Shown here in pieces: positions 17,301-25,696 of a stretch of DNA of 64,000 nucleotides (its first letter is position 1; each line of letters begins with the position of its first letter). The position numbers and the translations under genes were made by a program. The DNA comes from Verrucomicrobiota bacterium. GTDB lineage: Bacteria > Verrucomicrobiota > Verrucomicrobiia > Verrucomicrobiales > JBCCJK01. Under the pieces are notes generated by a model. It made no database searches and had not been told where the DNA came from. It was given only the letters and a program-made list of their open reading frames with translations. The stretch is from positions 11,603 to 75,602 of the forward strand of contig JBCCJK010000003.1 in the NCBI GenBank assembly GCA_039027815.1, given 5' to 3'.

Positions 17301-18049
17301 AGCTCGCTCTCCAAATCGGTCAGCGGCAGCCCGGCCCCTACCGTCCAATGGGTCTGGCTTTTTTGGATGCGAGCCAGTTCCGGGATGTCCTCCAAGGAAA
17401 TCAAGCCAGCTGGGCGATCATGGCGCTTGTTGATGAGCACCGCCAGCTCGGTCGCCCCCGCGATGAACGGGAACTCGGGATGCTCCGCCTTAAGCGCGAG
17501 CACTTCCGAAAGACTGCCCGGTCGGTGGTAGCCGGGGAGCGATTGCGAAGGCCCCGACTCAGCGGCCGCTAGCTCCGTCGAAGCGCTCGCCGCCATGGCC
17601 TCGCGAATGGGTCGGTAGCCGGTGCAGCGACAGAGATTTCCGCAAAGCTGATCCGCCACCGCGCCCGGATCCTTCTGGATCCCTCGAGCGGCCGCTTCCG
17701 CCATGGAACAGACAAAGCCGGGGGTGCAATAGCCACACTGCGAGCCATTTTGCTCGACCATCGCCTCCTGCACCGGGTGGAGTCGCCCATCTGGCGTCTC
17801 CAAACCTTCCGCCGTCACAATCTCCCGCCCCACCAAAGACCCCACCAAAGCCAAACACCCATTGATGGCCCGGGGCGGTCCGCTTTTTTCCAAAAGCAGC
17901 AGAGTGCACGCTCCACAATCGCCCTCGTTGCAACCCACCTTGCTGCCGGTCCGACCACTCTGCCGCAGGAAATCGAGAATCGATTGATGCACCGGAGCCT
18001 CCGCCACCGCCACCCGCTCGCCATTGATGATGACGAAAGGATCACTCAT
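14330..18049 (-). CDS. xdhAB: xanthine dehydrogenase, single-chain XdhA-XdhB fusion (2Fe-2S, FAD and molybdopterin domains)
   Basis: GCNEGDCGACT, CGYCTPGFV and LCRCTGYRPI Fe-S motifs, an FAD domain (FIAGATELAVL) and a Mo-pterin domain (GGGFGGKETQ). 1239 aa with no break between the two parts. Confidence 0.85.
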   Translation of the reverse strand: MSDPFVIINGERVAVAEAPVHQSILDFLRQSGRTGSKVGCNEGDCGACTLLLLEKSGPPRAINGCLALVGSLVGREIVTAEGLETPDGRLHPVQEAMVEQNGSQCGYCTPGFVCSMAEAAARGIQKDPGAVADQLCGNLCRCTGYRPIREAMAASASTELAAAESGPSQSLPGYHRPGSLSEVLALKAEHPEFPFIAGATELAVLINKRHDRPAGLISLEDIPELARIQKSQTHWTVGAGLPLTDLESELGEELPALRAMLRRFASRQIRHRATLGGNLVTASPIGDSAPVLLALDAVVTLVSVRGERSLPLADFFLGYRKTELTPDELLLSVTFPRVARDRLEFYKVSKRREMDISAVSAAIRMATDEGGLVTEARLAFGGVAATPARAYQTEAALLGRPFEDAASGEVLEILGQEFSPLDDLRASAEFRCTLLQELLCKFVAGERDRIEVPCESSFEGPPAEVSSHESARGHVTGKALYVEDASLKGGGTLFLHPVRAPVARGTLRRLETQAAQEMTGVRAILSAADVPGLNNTGPARHDEPLFAERDIEFHGQIVAAVVAESPELARLAAEQVGVECKEGEPVLGIEAALAAHSFHTDPHVLERGDVEEALARAPKVLEGTVTLGGQDHFYLETQAASARPDDQGGLWVQSSSQHPSEIQTIVAEVLGKRRHDIVVESPRMGGGFGGKETQGNPWAAMAALGALATGRKVSVQLDRDLDMESTGKRHPFFARYRVGFDATGQLCAAKIELFSDGGWSLDLSLPVNDRGLFHLDNAYYIPHVRFTGRVCKTNVTSHTAFRGFGGPQGMLVIEDIVARVATHLKLPPEKVRARNFYRGSGASNTTHYGEEVAGNRLHRIWRELLESAQWQQRRQRLAAWNTENPYRKRGLAITPVKFGISFTLKHYNQAGALVLLYADGSVQVNHGGTEMGQGLHTKILQVTMRELGLPAERVRLMHTRTDKVPNTSATAASSGSDLNGMAVADACAQLKARLTPLAAERLGGEEASIRFAQGRVWSGKAAMPFEELVGLAYTERIQLSAAGFYATPDLEWDWSVGKGKPFHYYAFGAAVSEVEIDGFTGMQHLRRVDILHDVGDSLSSSIDRGQIEGGFVQGAGWLTSEELAWDPGGRLLSHSASTYAIPAFSDAPLDFRVSLLQDATQDRTIHGSKAVGEPPFMLALSVREALRDALAAFGAETEQLPSPLTPEVIKRAIGSLRPSKLSPKPTDHAYHPIVRNHSR

Positions 18050-19275
18050 CGGGCCACCTCCTTGAGCGTTGCGGCCAGGACCTCCACGCCCTTCCCGATG
18101 GCTTCCGGACTGGCATACTCATCCGGCCGATGAGAATAGCCCCGGTAGCACGGGAGGAAAATCATAGCCGTCGGGCAAAGCTGGGCCATGAAAAGCGAAT
18201 CGTGATAAGCCCGACTGATCATGCTGCGACTGGAAAAGCCAAGTCGCTCCGCAGATCCTCGAATGCCTGCCACCAACCCCGAATCGCACAGCGCCGGTGG
18301 ATCGGCGTTGATTTCCTGCCAAGTCCATCCCACCCCACGGCGATCACAAAGAGCGGACGCTTCCTCTTGAATCCGAGCCAAGGCGGTGTCGCGCGCCGCC
18401 ACGTCCGTATCGCGAAAATCGATCTCCAAAAGAACCTCGCATGGGATCGAATTGATGGCTCCTGGGCGCACTTGGACCACTCCCGTGGTTCCCACCGTGT
18501 CGGGCGAAGCAGATTCCAAGGCCGCCCGCTCCACCGCCAAGGCCACCTCCGCCGCCGCTAGGAAAGCGTCTCGCCGCTCCGGCATCAGCACCGCCCCAGC
18601 ATGCCCTCCTGAGCCCTCAAACCTCACACGAAAAGCAGCCGGCGCGGCGATTTTCTCGACCGCCCCCAAGTCGAGCCCCTCCTCCTCCAGAAGAGGCCCT
18701 TGCTCGATGTGCAGCTCGAGAAACGCCTCGTAGGTTCCTTTCTCCAAGGCCACCTCCGCAAGACTTCCGGCATAGTGCCCAGCCCGCAGCTCCTCCAAAG
18801 ACCGCCCCTCTTCATCCCGCAAGCCAGCCGCTTGAGAAGCCGAAAGCGTCCCGGCCAGCATGCGCGAACCGAGACAGCCAATCCCAAAGCGCGTTGGCTC
18901 CTCCGCCGTGAAAAGAATCAACTCCATGGCCCGGCGCGGCTGGAATCCACTCTCCTGCAAGAGACGGATCGCCTCCAAGCCTCCGAGAACGCCGACCACT
19001 CCGTCATACTTCCCGGCGTTGGGAATGGCATCGATGTGCGAGCCGGTCGCGACCGCTTTCAAGCTGGGATCGCTGCCTTCCCAACGGAAAAAAAGATTGC
19101 CCACCGCATCGCTCCGCACCCTCAAGCCCGCTTCCTGCGCCCGCGCCACTAACCAATCACGTGCAGCCAAATCCTCTGGAGAAAAAAGCACCCGCGTAAC
19201 CGCGGGAGCGGGATGCGATGAGAACTGGGCCAGCTCGTCGATCTCGCGATGGAGGCGCTCGCAAGTCGCTATCAT
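18046..19275 (-). CDS. M20-family amidohydrolase, paralogue B (ureidoglycolate amidohydrolase or allantoate amidohydrolase)
   Basis: TGSHIDAIPNAGKYDGVVGVLGGLEA and FTAEEPTRFG motifs of AllC/UAH-type enzymes. Start at the internal ATG 19275, which makes an ATGA overlap with the upstream stop. Confidence 0.65.
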   Translation of the reverse strand: MIATCERLHREIDELAQFSSHPAPAVTRVLFSPEDLAARDWLVARAQEAGLRVRSDAVGNLFFRWEGSDPSLKAVATGSHIDAIPNAGKYDGVVGVLGGLEAIRLLQESGFQPRRAMELILFTAEEPTRFGIGCLGSRMLAGTLSASQAAGLRDEEGRSLEELRAGHYAGSLAEVALEKGTYEAFLELHIEQGPLLEEEGLDLGAVEKIAAPAAFRVRFEGSGGHAGAVLMPERRDAFLAAAEVALAVERAALESASPDTVGTTGVVQVRPGAINSIPCEVLLEIDFRDTDVAARDTALARIQEEASALCDRRGVGWTWQEINADPPALCDSGLVAGIRGSAERLGFSSRSMISRAYHDSLFMAQLCPTAMIFLPCYRGYSHRPDEYASPEAIGKGVEVLAATLKEVAR

Positions 19276-20024
19276 GGCATCCGATGCACGTCTTTGTAAT
19301 AAAGATAAGAAGCCGGAGCCTCCCCCATGGCGACGAACCACTGTGGGCAATACGGCGCCATCCAAATGGCATCGCCCGCTTGCACCGGATAGTAACTCTC
19401 CTCCAAACGATAGACCCCCTGCCCCGAAAGCATCAGCAGCCCATGCTCCATAATGTGGGTCTCCACGAAAGGGAGGGTGGCCCCTGGGCGGTAAGTGAAC
19501 AGGTTCATTGCCAAATCGAAGCGGGGATCGACGGGCAGGAGAGTCTGCAAGCGCGCTCCCTCATTCCCCAGAAAAGGTTCGTCGGGAACCTCATCCGCCG
19601 AACCCGTGAGCAGCGGAGGGGGTGCCAATTCCGGATGGGGCTGAAAGACCTTTCGGAAAACCGTCAAGCGGGTCCCCGCCACTCCCTCCAGCGAAAGTTC
19701 CTGCCCCGCGGGGACAAAGCCAAAGCCGCCCGAGGAGAGCGCCCGTTCGTCCCCCGCCGAAAGCAAGCGGCAGCTCCCCGCTTCCAGGTAAAAAACATGC
19801 TCGTGTTCATCCGCCGAAAACACCGCCCGCCCCTCCTCCTGAAACACCACCAGCAGCTGGGAAAGCCGCGCCCCCATCGCCGGCGAAAGCAAGACATAGG
19901 CCGTGCACCCTTCCCAGCCGGGGAAAGCCGAAGGCACATGGCCGTCGGGGGCCAGGAGCGCATGCCGCGCGCCCACCACCGTGCGCGTGCGACCAAACAG
20001 CGGGACGGATGACTCAGTGGACAT
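19272..20024 (-). CDS. allE: (S)-ureidoglycine aminohydrolase (bicupin, YlbA/AllE-like)
   Basis: 250-aa two-cupin protein with the C-terminal block TLPFVETHIMEHGLLMLSGQGVYRL. Sits between allantoinase and an M20 hydrolase. Confidence 0.7.
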   Translation of the reverse strand: MSTESSVPLFGRTRTVVGARHALLAPDGHVPSAFPGWEGCTAYVLLSPAMGARLSQLLVVFQEEGRAVFSADEHEHVFYLEAGSCRLLSAGDERALSSGGFGFVPAGQELSLEGVAGTRLTVFRKVFQPHPELAPPPLLTGSADEVPDEPFLGNEGARLQTLLPVDPRFDLAMNLFTYRPGATLPFVETHIMEHGLLMLSGQGVYRLEESYYPVQAGDAIWMAPYCPQWFVAMGEAPASYLYYKDVHRMP

Positions 20025-20026
20025 GG

Positions 20027-21301
20027 CTAGCGGGGAGAAGGTCGTAAAAATCTTCCCCGGGTCGACTCCGAAACCCGCTCTCCTCGGAGAAAGGTCTCAC
20101 AAATCCGATGGCGCGAAACCCGTCCTCGATAGGGCGAGTGGGGATGTCGAGTGAGCGAATGGGAAGCGGAAATCTCGCGTGGCTCCTCCCGAACCAAACT
20201 GAAATCGGCCTCCCTCCCCGGGACCAAGGCCCCTTTGCCCGAGAAACGAAATCGCTGGGCCACCTTCTCTGCCAAAAGCTCTGGCCTCGCCAAGCCCTCA
20301 TCCATCAGCAGAGGGAGCCCGTCCTGAATCCCTGCAATGCCTCCCCAGCAGGCAAAGACATCCTCGTCTTTTTTCAAATCGGGCGAAGAAGGGGAATGAT
20401 CTGAACCCAAGGTATCGACCTCCCCCTCTCGCACTCGCTTGCGAAGCGCCTCGACCGTTCCTTTGGGACGCAGCGGCGGAGCGCACTTGGCCAGCGTGCC
20501 GATGGCCACCGCTTCCTCTGCATCCAAAAGCAGGTAATGAGGGCAAGTCTCCGCCGTGACATCGACGCCCGCTCTCTTGGCCTCTGTAATGGCATCGATT
20601 CCCTCAGGCGAGGAGACATGGACGATGTGCAGGGCACAGCCCGTCTCCCCCGCCAAATCGAGGGCGATCCGGATGGCCTCCACCTCCGCTTCGATCGGGC
20701 GCCAAGCCAGCCACGCCTTCATATCCGAACCCACGGGACGCTCCTTTGGTTCCAGCTCCGCGTGGACAGCCACCGGCAGGCAGCGTTCGGCGGCGATGCC
20801 CATACCTTGTTTGAGAGTGGGAGGATCGGAAGCAGAAAACTCAGCCAGACCAGAAGGACACATAAACGCTTTCAAGCCGGCGGCGCCACAATCCGCCATG
20901 GCTTCAATGTGAATAAGTGAAGCAGGTACGAGGCCACCCCACAATCCGAAGTCGAGACAGGACTTGGCCTCGGCCAGGCGACGCTTCTCCTGAAAGGCTT
21001 CGGCATCCAGGACCGGTGGGCTGGAATTGAGCGGCATGTCGATGAAAGCGGTCCCGCCGCCCGCCGCCAAAGCTCGCGAGCCGCTCGCGATTCCCTCCCA
21101 CTCCGTCCGACCTGGCTCGTTGAAATGGACATGGGCATCGATCCATCCCGGCCAGATCATGGCATCCATCGCCTCAATTTCCCGTGCGCCCGAAGCTTGG
21201 ATCTCCTCACCCCGCTCTTGAATGACGCCTTCGGAAATCGCCAGGGCCAGCGGCCAGCCCTCTGGCGAACGGCTGCGGACAATCAATTCGTAATCACTCA
21301 T
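20027..21301 (-). CDS. allB: allantoinase
   Basis: Cyclic amidohydrolase with PGWIDAHVHFNEPGRTEWEG and GLKAFMCPSG, matching allantoinase. Confidence 0.8.
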   Translation of the reverse strand: MSDYELIVRSRSPEGWPLALAISEGVIQERGEEIQASGAREIEAMDAMIWPGWIDAHVHFNEPGRTEWEGIASGSRALAAGGGTAFIDMPLNSSPPVLDAEAFQEKRRLAEAKSCLDFGLWGGLVPASLIHIEAMADCGAAGLKAFMCPSGLAEFSASDPPTLKQGMGIAAERCLPVAVHAELEPKERPVGSDMKAWLAWRPIEAEVEAIRIALDLAGETGCALHIVHVSSPEGIDAITEAKRAGVDVTAETCPHYLLLDAEEAVAIGTLAKCAPPLRPKGTVEALRKRVREGEVDTLGSDHSPSSPDLKKDEDVFACWGGIAGIQDGLPLLMDEGLARPELLAEKVAQRFRFSGKGALVPGREADFSLVREEPREISASHSLTRHPHSPYRGRVSRHRICETFLRGERVSESTRGRFLRPSPR

Positions 21302-22530
21302 CAGGCCAACCCTAGTAAAAACTCTCGTAACACCATGATTCCCACCTCCACATCCTCGGGAGTGGCATATTCATCCGGGTGGTGAGAAAGACCTTCCCGG
21401 CAGCGCACAAAGAGCATGGCCACCGGCATCCTGGCCGAGAGCGCCACCGCATCATGCCCCGCCCCACTCATCATGGAAAACGGACGCCCCGTCGTCGAGC
21501 CGACCGCCTCCATCATCTTCTCGCGCAGCCTCCCGTCACAGGGAACCGCCGCTGACTCCTGCACCACCTCCCACTCCAGCTCCAATCCCCGACCCTCCGC
21601 CACCTCTCGAAAAAGCCGCTCCAGCTCCCCCCGCAAGCGCTCCCGGACAGCGTCGACCGCATGACGCAGATCGACCGTCAAACGCGCCCTCTGCGGAATG
21701 GTGTTGGAAACATCCGGATGCAACTTCAGCTTCCCCACCGTCACGACCGCCCCCTCCTCCGCTCTCGCCAACTCTTCGGCCGCCAGGACGCAGGCCGCCG
21801 CCCCGCCCAACGCATCTCGCCGCAGCCCCATAGGCGTGGTCCCAGCGTGATCGGCTCGCCCATGCAGGGTCACCGCCAAGCGCGACTGCCCCGCAATGGA
21901 AGACACACTCGCCACCGCCAAGCCCTCCTCCTGCAAGACGCGCCCCTGCTCGATGTGCACCTCCACATAGCCAAGCGTTTCTCCTGAGCGATAGCGCATC
22001 TCGCGAGCCCCCTCATGCCAGCCCTCCGCGCGCAAAACCGAGGCCAAGGACTCTCCCGCCTCATCCCTCCGTGAAAGGGTCCCGGCATCCAAGGGCCCCA
22101 AGAGCGAGCGCGATCCCAAATAAGTCGTGTGAAAGCGGGAACCCTCCTCATCGGAAAAAGCCAGCACATGCATCGGAAAGGGCAACGCCCTCCCCTCCTG
22201 CCGAAGCGCCTCCACCGCCGCCAAAGCCACCACAATCCCGAGCGCCCCATCGAAGCGCCCGGCATCCACCACCGTATCCAGATGCGAGCCCAAAAGCAGG
22301 GGAGCCGCCCCGGGAGCCGTCCCCGCCAGCATCCCACGCATCGTTCCATCCACCGCATGCTCCACCTCCATCCCCAGTTCCGCCATCCACTCGCCCACCA
22401 AACGGGCCGCCCGCAGATTGGCAGGCGAAAGAAACGAGCGGGTAAGAAACTCCGGATGATCGGAAATTCTCCCTAACTCCTCCAAGCGAGCCACCGCGCG
22501 CTCCACCGGCTCTGAAGACAGCGCCCTCAA
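21301..22530 (-). CDS. allC: M20-family amidohydrolase, paralogue A (allantoate amidohydrolase-like); TTG start proposed
   Basis: LGSHLDTVVDAGRFDGALGIVVALAA and FSDEEGSRFH motifs. The 462-aa ORF in the track overlaps uraH. A TTG at 22530 gives a TTGA overlap with the uraH stop and a ~409-aa product. Confidence 0.65.
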   Translation of the reverse strand: MRALSSEPVERAVARLEELGRISDHPEFLTRSFLSPANLRAARLVGEWMAELGMEVEHAVDGTMRGMLAGTAPGAAPLLLGSHLDTVVDAGRFDGALGIVVALAAVEALRQEGRALPFPMHVLAFSDEEGSRFHTTYLGSRSLLGPLDAGTLSRRDEAGESLASVLRAEGWHEGAREMRYRSGETLGYVEVHIEQGRVLQEEGLAVASVSSIAGQSRLAVTLHGRADHAGTTPMGLRRDALGGAAACVLAAEELARAEEGAVVTVGKLKLHPDVSNTIPQRARLTVDLRHAVDAVRERLRGELERLFREVAEGRGLELEWEVVQESAAVPCDGRLREKMMEAVGSTTGRPFSMMSGAGHDAVALSARMPVAMLFVRCREGLSHHPDEYATPEDVEVGIMVLREFLLGLA

Positions 22531-22859
22531 CTCCCGCGATACGTGCTGTAAGACCAAGGCGTGCAAACCAAAGGCACATGATAACTCTGGCCTGCCTCCA
22601 CCCGAAACTCCACCGGCACCCGATCCAGAAAAGGCGAAGCCACCCCCCGAGCGCGAAAATAATCTCCGACGTGAAAGACCAGCCGGCAAGCCCCTGAAAC
22701 CATCGCCTCTCCCGCAAGGAGCGGCTCCTCACAACGGCCATCCGCATTCGTCGTCACCTCCACCAAAAGCCTATCCTCTCGAAAGAGTTGCACCTGCACC
22801 CCCGCTGCCGGAAGCCCGCTCGCCGTATCGAGCACATGGGTCGTGAGTTTTGGAATCAT
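22527..22859 (-). CDS. uraH: 5-hydroxyisourate hydrolase (transthyretin-like)
   Basis: LTTHVLDTASGLPAAGV at the N-terminus and the diagnostic C-terminal YSTYRGS tetrapeptide context. Confidence 0.9.
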   Translation of the reverse strand: MIPKLTTHVLDTASGLPAAGVQVQLFREDRLLVEVTTNADGRCEEPLLAGEAMVSGACRLVFHVGDYFRARGVASPFLDRVPVEFRVEAGQSYHVPLVCTPWSYSTYRGS

Positions 22860-22936
22860 CGGAACGCTTTTTGCAACATGGAAGAGAAGGGTGTCTCCGA
22901 ACGAACGTCCGAAGCCATCCCTATCCTATCACAAGC

Positions 22937-24061
22937 ATGAACCGGGCACACTCGCTCAAAGGACTGACTGGCCAAGCCCTCTCCCAAGCACTCGACTTCC
23001 GAGCCCTCCCCAAAGTTCTCCTCCACGAGCACCTCGATGGCGGCTTGCGCCCGGCCACCGTCATCGAGCTGGCCCGGGAAAATGGCTACCACGGACTACC
23101 GACCCAAGACCCCGAAGACCTCGCCACCTGGTTCCATCGCGGAGCCAAACGCGGGAACTTGCCGGAATACCTCGAAGGCTTCGCTCACACCATCGCCGTC
23201 ATGCAGACGGCCGAAGCGCTCGAGCGCGTTGCTTACGAATTCCTGGAAGACATGGCCGCTGATGGAGTTTTTTACGCTGAAATCCGATTTGCTCCCGTCT
23301 TCCACACCGAGGCCGGCCTCACCCAAGACGAAGTCGTGGCCGCCGTGGTGGCGGGGCTCACCCGCGGCGGCCAGGCCTTCGGAGTGGAATGGGGCGTAAT
23401 CATCTGTGCCATGCGCAATCGGCGCGACTCGCTGGAAGCGGCCCAACTCGCCATCTCGTGGCGGGGCCGAGGCGTGGTGGGATTCGACCTCGCTGGCGAA
23501 GAAGCCGGCTACCCCCCGAAAGACCACCTCGAAGCCTTCCAAACCATCCACCGGGCCAACTTCAACATCACCCTCCACGCCGGGGAAGCCTTCGGCAAAG
23601 AATCCATCTGGCAGGCCCTCCAGTGGTGCGGGGCCCATCGACTCGGGCACGGCACGCGCCTCGTGGAAGACTTCATCGAAGAAGAACCGGAAGTCCTCCG
23701 CCCCGGCAGCCTCGCTCGCTACGTCCTCGATCACCGCATCCCCCTGGAAATGTGCCTCTCGAGCAATGTCGACACCGGAGCCTGCCCCAGCTTGGCCACC
23801 CACCCCTTCCCCCTCTTTCTAAAAAGCGGCTTCCGCGTCTCGCTCAACACCGACGACCGCCTCATGAGCGATACCGAACTCTCCCGAGAATACCGCCTCG
23901 CCACCGAAACCTTTGACCTCTCCTGGAGCGACCTCGAAAAAATCACCCTCAACGCCATGAAAAGCGCCTTCGCCCCCCACGCCCAACGCGTCGACCTCAT
24001 CAGCCGCATCATCCTCCCCGCCTACGCCGACCACCACCCCAGCCCTCGCCACACAGGCTGA
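22937..24061 (+). CDS. add: adenosine deaminase
   Basis: LPKVLLHEHLDGGLRP, ITLHAGE and SLNTDD motifs. Start at ATG 22937 (Met30 of the ORF in the track). Confidence 0.85.
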   Translation: MNRAHSLKGLTGQALSQALDFRALPKVLLHEHLDGGLRPATVIELARENGYHGLPTQDPEDLATWFHRGAKRGNLPEYLEGFAHTIAVMQTAEALERVAYEFLEDMAADGVFYAEIRFAPVFHTEAGLTQDEVVAAVVAGLTRGGQAFGVEWGVIICAMRNRRDSLEAAQLAISWRGRGVVGFDLAGEEAGYPPKDHLEAFQTIHRANFNITLHAGEAFGKESIWQALQWCGAHRLGHGTRLVEDFIEEEPEVLRPGSLARYVLDHRIPLEMCLSSNVDTGACPSLATHPFPLFLKSGFRVSLNTDDRLMSDTELSREYRLATETFDLSWSDLEKITLNAMKSAFAPHAQRVDLISRIILPAYADHHPSPRHTG

Positions 24062-24110
24062 TCACCGGCAGCCAAAGGCCCGAACCCTCACTCACCCGCA
24101 ACCCAAACCC

Positions 24111-25412
24111 TCACCGCACCCGCCGCGCCCGCACCCAGCTCGCCACCGTGGCCGAAGGATGCCCGCGGTAAACACAAGCCGTCACAATCTGCTCTGCCGA
24201 AATCTCAGGAACGGAATACCGCCCGCCGAGCGGAAAAACCCGGTTCAAATCCAGCAAAAGCAGATCCGCCTCCTTACCCGCCTCCAGCAGCCCGATTTGC
24301 CCCTCCTTCCCCAGCACCGCCGCACCCCCGGCCGTCGCGAAATAAAAGGCCTCGGCTGGCGTCAACTCCGCCACCCCCGCCTCTTGAAAGGCCCGCGCCT
24401 TCTGCATCTCAATGGCCGAACGCATCACCTGCCAAAGATTCAGCTCCGGCCCACCCGCCACATCACTCCCGAGACTCACCGGAATCCCCGCCGCCCGCAA
24501 CGCCCCGAGCGGGAAAAGACCTGAATTGAGAAAGAAATTGGAAGTCGGGCAATGGGTCACCCGCGCTCCCCGGGCCGCCAAAAGCGCGATCTCCTCGGGC
24601 GAAAGATGCAGGCAATGCCCCAGCAAAGTCTTGGGCGAGAGCAGACCCGCCTGCTCATAAACCGCCGCATAGGAAGCCGCCTCGGGGAAGCGAGCCCGCA
24701 CCGCCTCGATCTCGCCCTCGTTCTCGGACAAATGCGTCTGGACATAGGTCCCAAACTCCCGCGCCAACGCCCCTGCCTCCCGCATCAGCTCCCGGGAACA
24801 AGTCACCGCGAAGCGAGGCGACACCGCGAACTCCAGCAAGCCCCCCGCCGCCCCATGCCATCTCTCGATCAACTCACGACACTGCGCCAGCGAAAGCGCC
24901 CGCGCCTGCCAAGGATCCGCGTCCCCATACGACCCCTCATCCATCATCACCTTGCCAATGATGGCCCGCAGTCCCTTCTCCTCCGCCACCTCAAAAGCCA
25001 ACTCCGTCGTCTCCGCCCAAATCGCCGAATACAGCACCACCGTCGTACTGCCATTGGCAAGCACCTCCTCAAAAAAATCGCGAACAAACGCCCGCTGCGC
25101 CTCCCCGCGAAACTTCGCCTCGAGCGGGAAAACATGATTCTTCAACCAAGGCAGCAGCGAAGACTCCCGCCGCGCCACCGCTGGGTATTGGGGAAGATGA
25201 GCGTGGGTATCGATCAACCCCGGCACCAAAAGCCAATCCTCCCCCTCGGGAGCTTGCAAAGTGGGAAGATGCGCAAACTCCCGCACCACCTCCGCCCAAG
25301 GCCCGATCGCCGCAATCTGCCCGGAAGCGGGATCCAAAGCCACCCCCCCATCCGCCACATAGCGAAGAACCCCGAAAGAAGGCGCATCCAAAAGCCGAGC
25401 CCGAATCAACAT
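24111..25412 (-). CDS. guaD: guanine deaminase (amidohydrolase superfamily)
   Basis: LVPGLIDTHAHLPQY, YVQTHLSEN and SLGSDVAGG motifs. Start at the internal ATG 25412 gives ~433 aa. Confidence 0.8.
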   Translation of the reverse strand: MLIRARLLDAPSFGVLRYVADGGVALDPASGQIAAIGPWAEVVREFAHLPTLQAPEGEDWLLVPGLIDTHAHLPQYPAVARRESSLLPWLKNHVFPLEAKFRGEAQRAFVRDFFEEVLANGSTTVVLYSAIWAETTELAFEVAEEKGLRAIIGKVMMDEGSYGDADPWQARALSLAQCRELIERWHGAAGGLLEFAVSPRFAVTCSRELMREAGALAREFGTYVQTHLSENEGEIEAVRARFPEAASYAAVYEQAGLLSPKTLLGHCLHLSPEEIALLAARGARVTHCPTSNFFLNSGLFPLGALRAAGIPVSLGSDVAGGPELNLWQVMRSAIEMQKARAFQEAGVAELTPAEAFYFATAGGAAVLGKEGQIGLLEAGKEADLLLLDLNRVFPLGGRYSVPEISAEQIVTACVYRGHPSATVASWVRARRVR

Positions 25413-25696
25413 CTCGGAGAGAAAGCTCGCAGACCACGAGCCAAGCGAAAGAGAAAGAATCCAGAAGAAAAACCCAGCCTCAGCCAAGGGCAGAGCGAGC
25501 GGGGCCATTTCAAAGTGAAGTTCGAGATCAAACCGTGAAATCACGTCCTACGAAGCGCAATTTTCCATCACTCCCGCTCATCTGGCGCTGGTGGAAGAGA
25601 TCTCGGCTCTGCAAAAAGATTCCCGCACTCGCAACGGACAGGCCTCCACCTCGATCGAGGGCAAGGAAGAGGACACGATTGAAGTGAGAAATCAGA

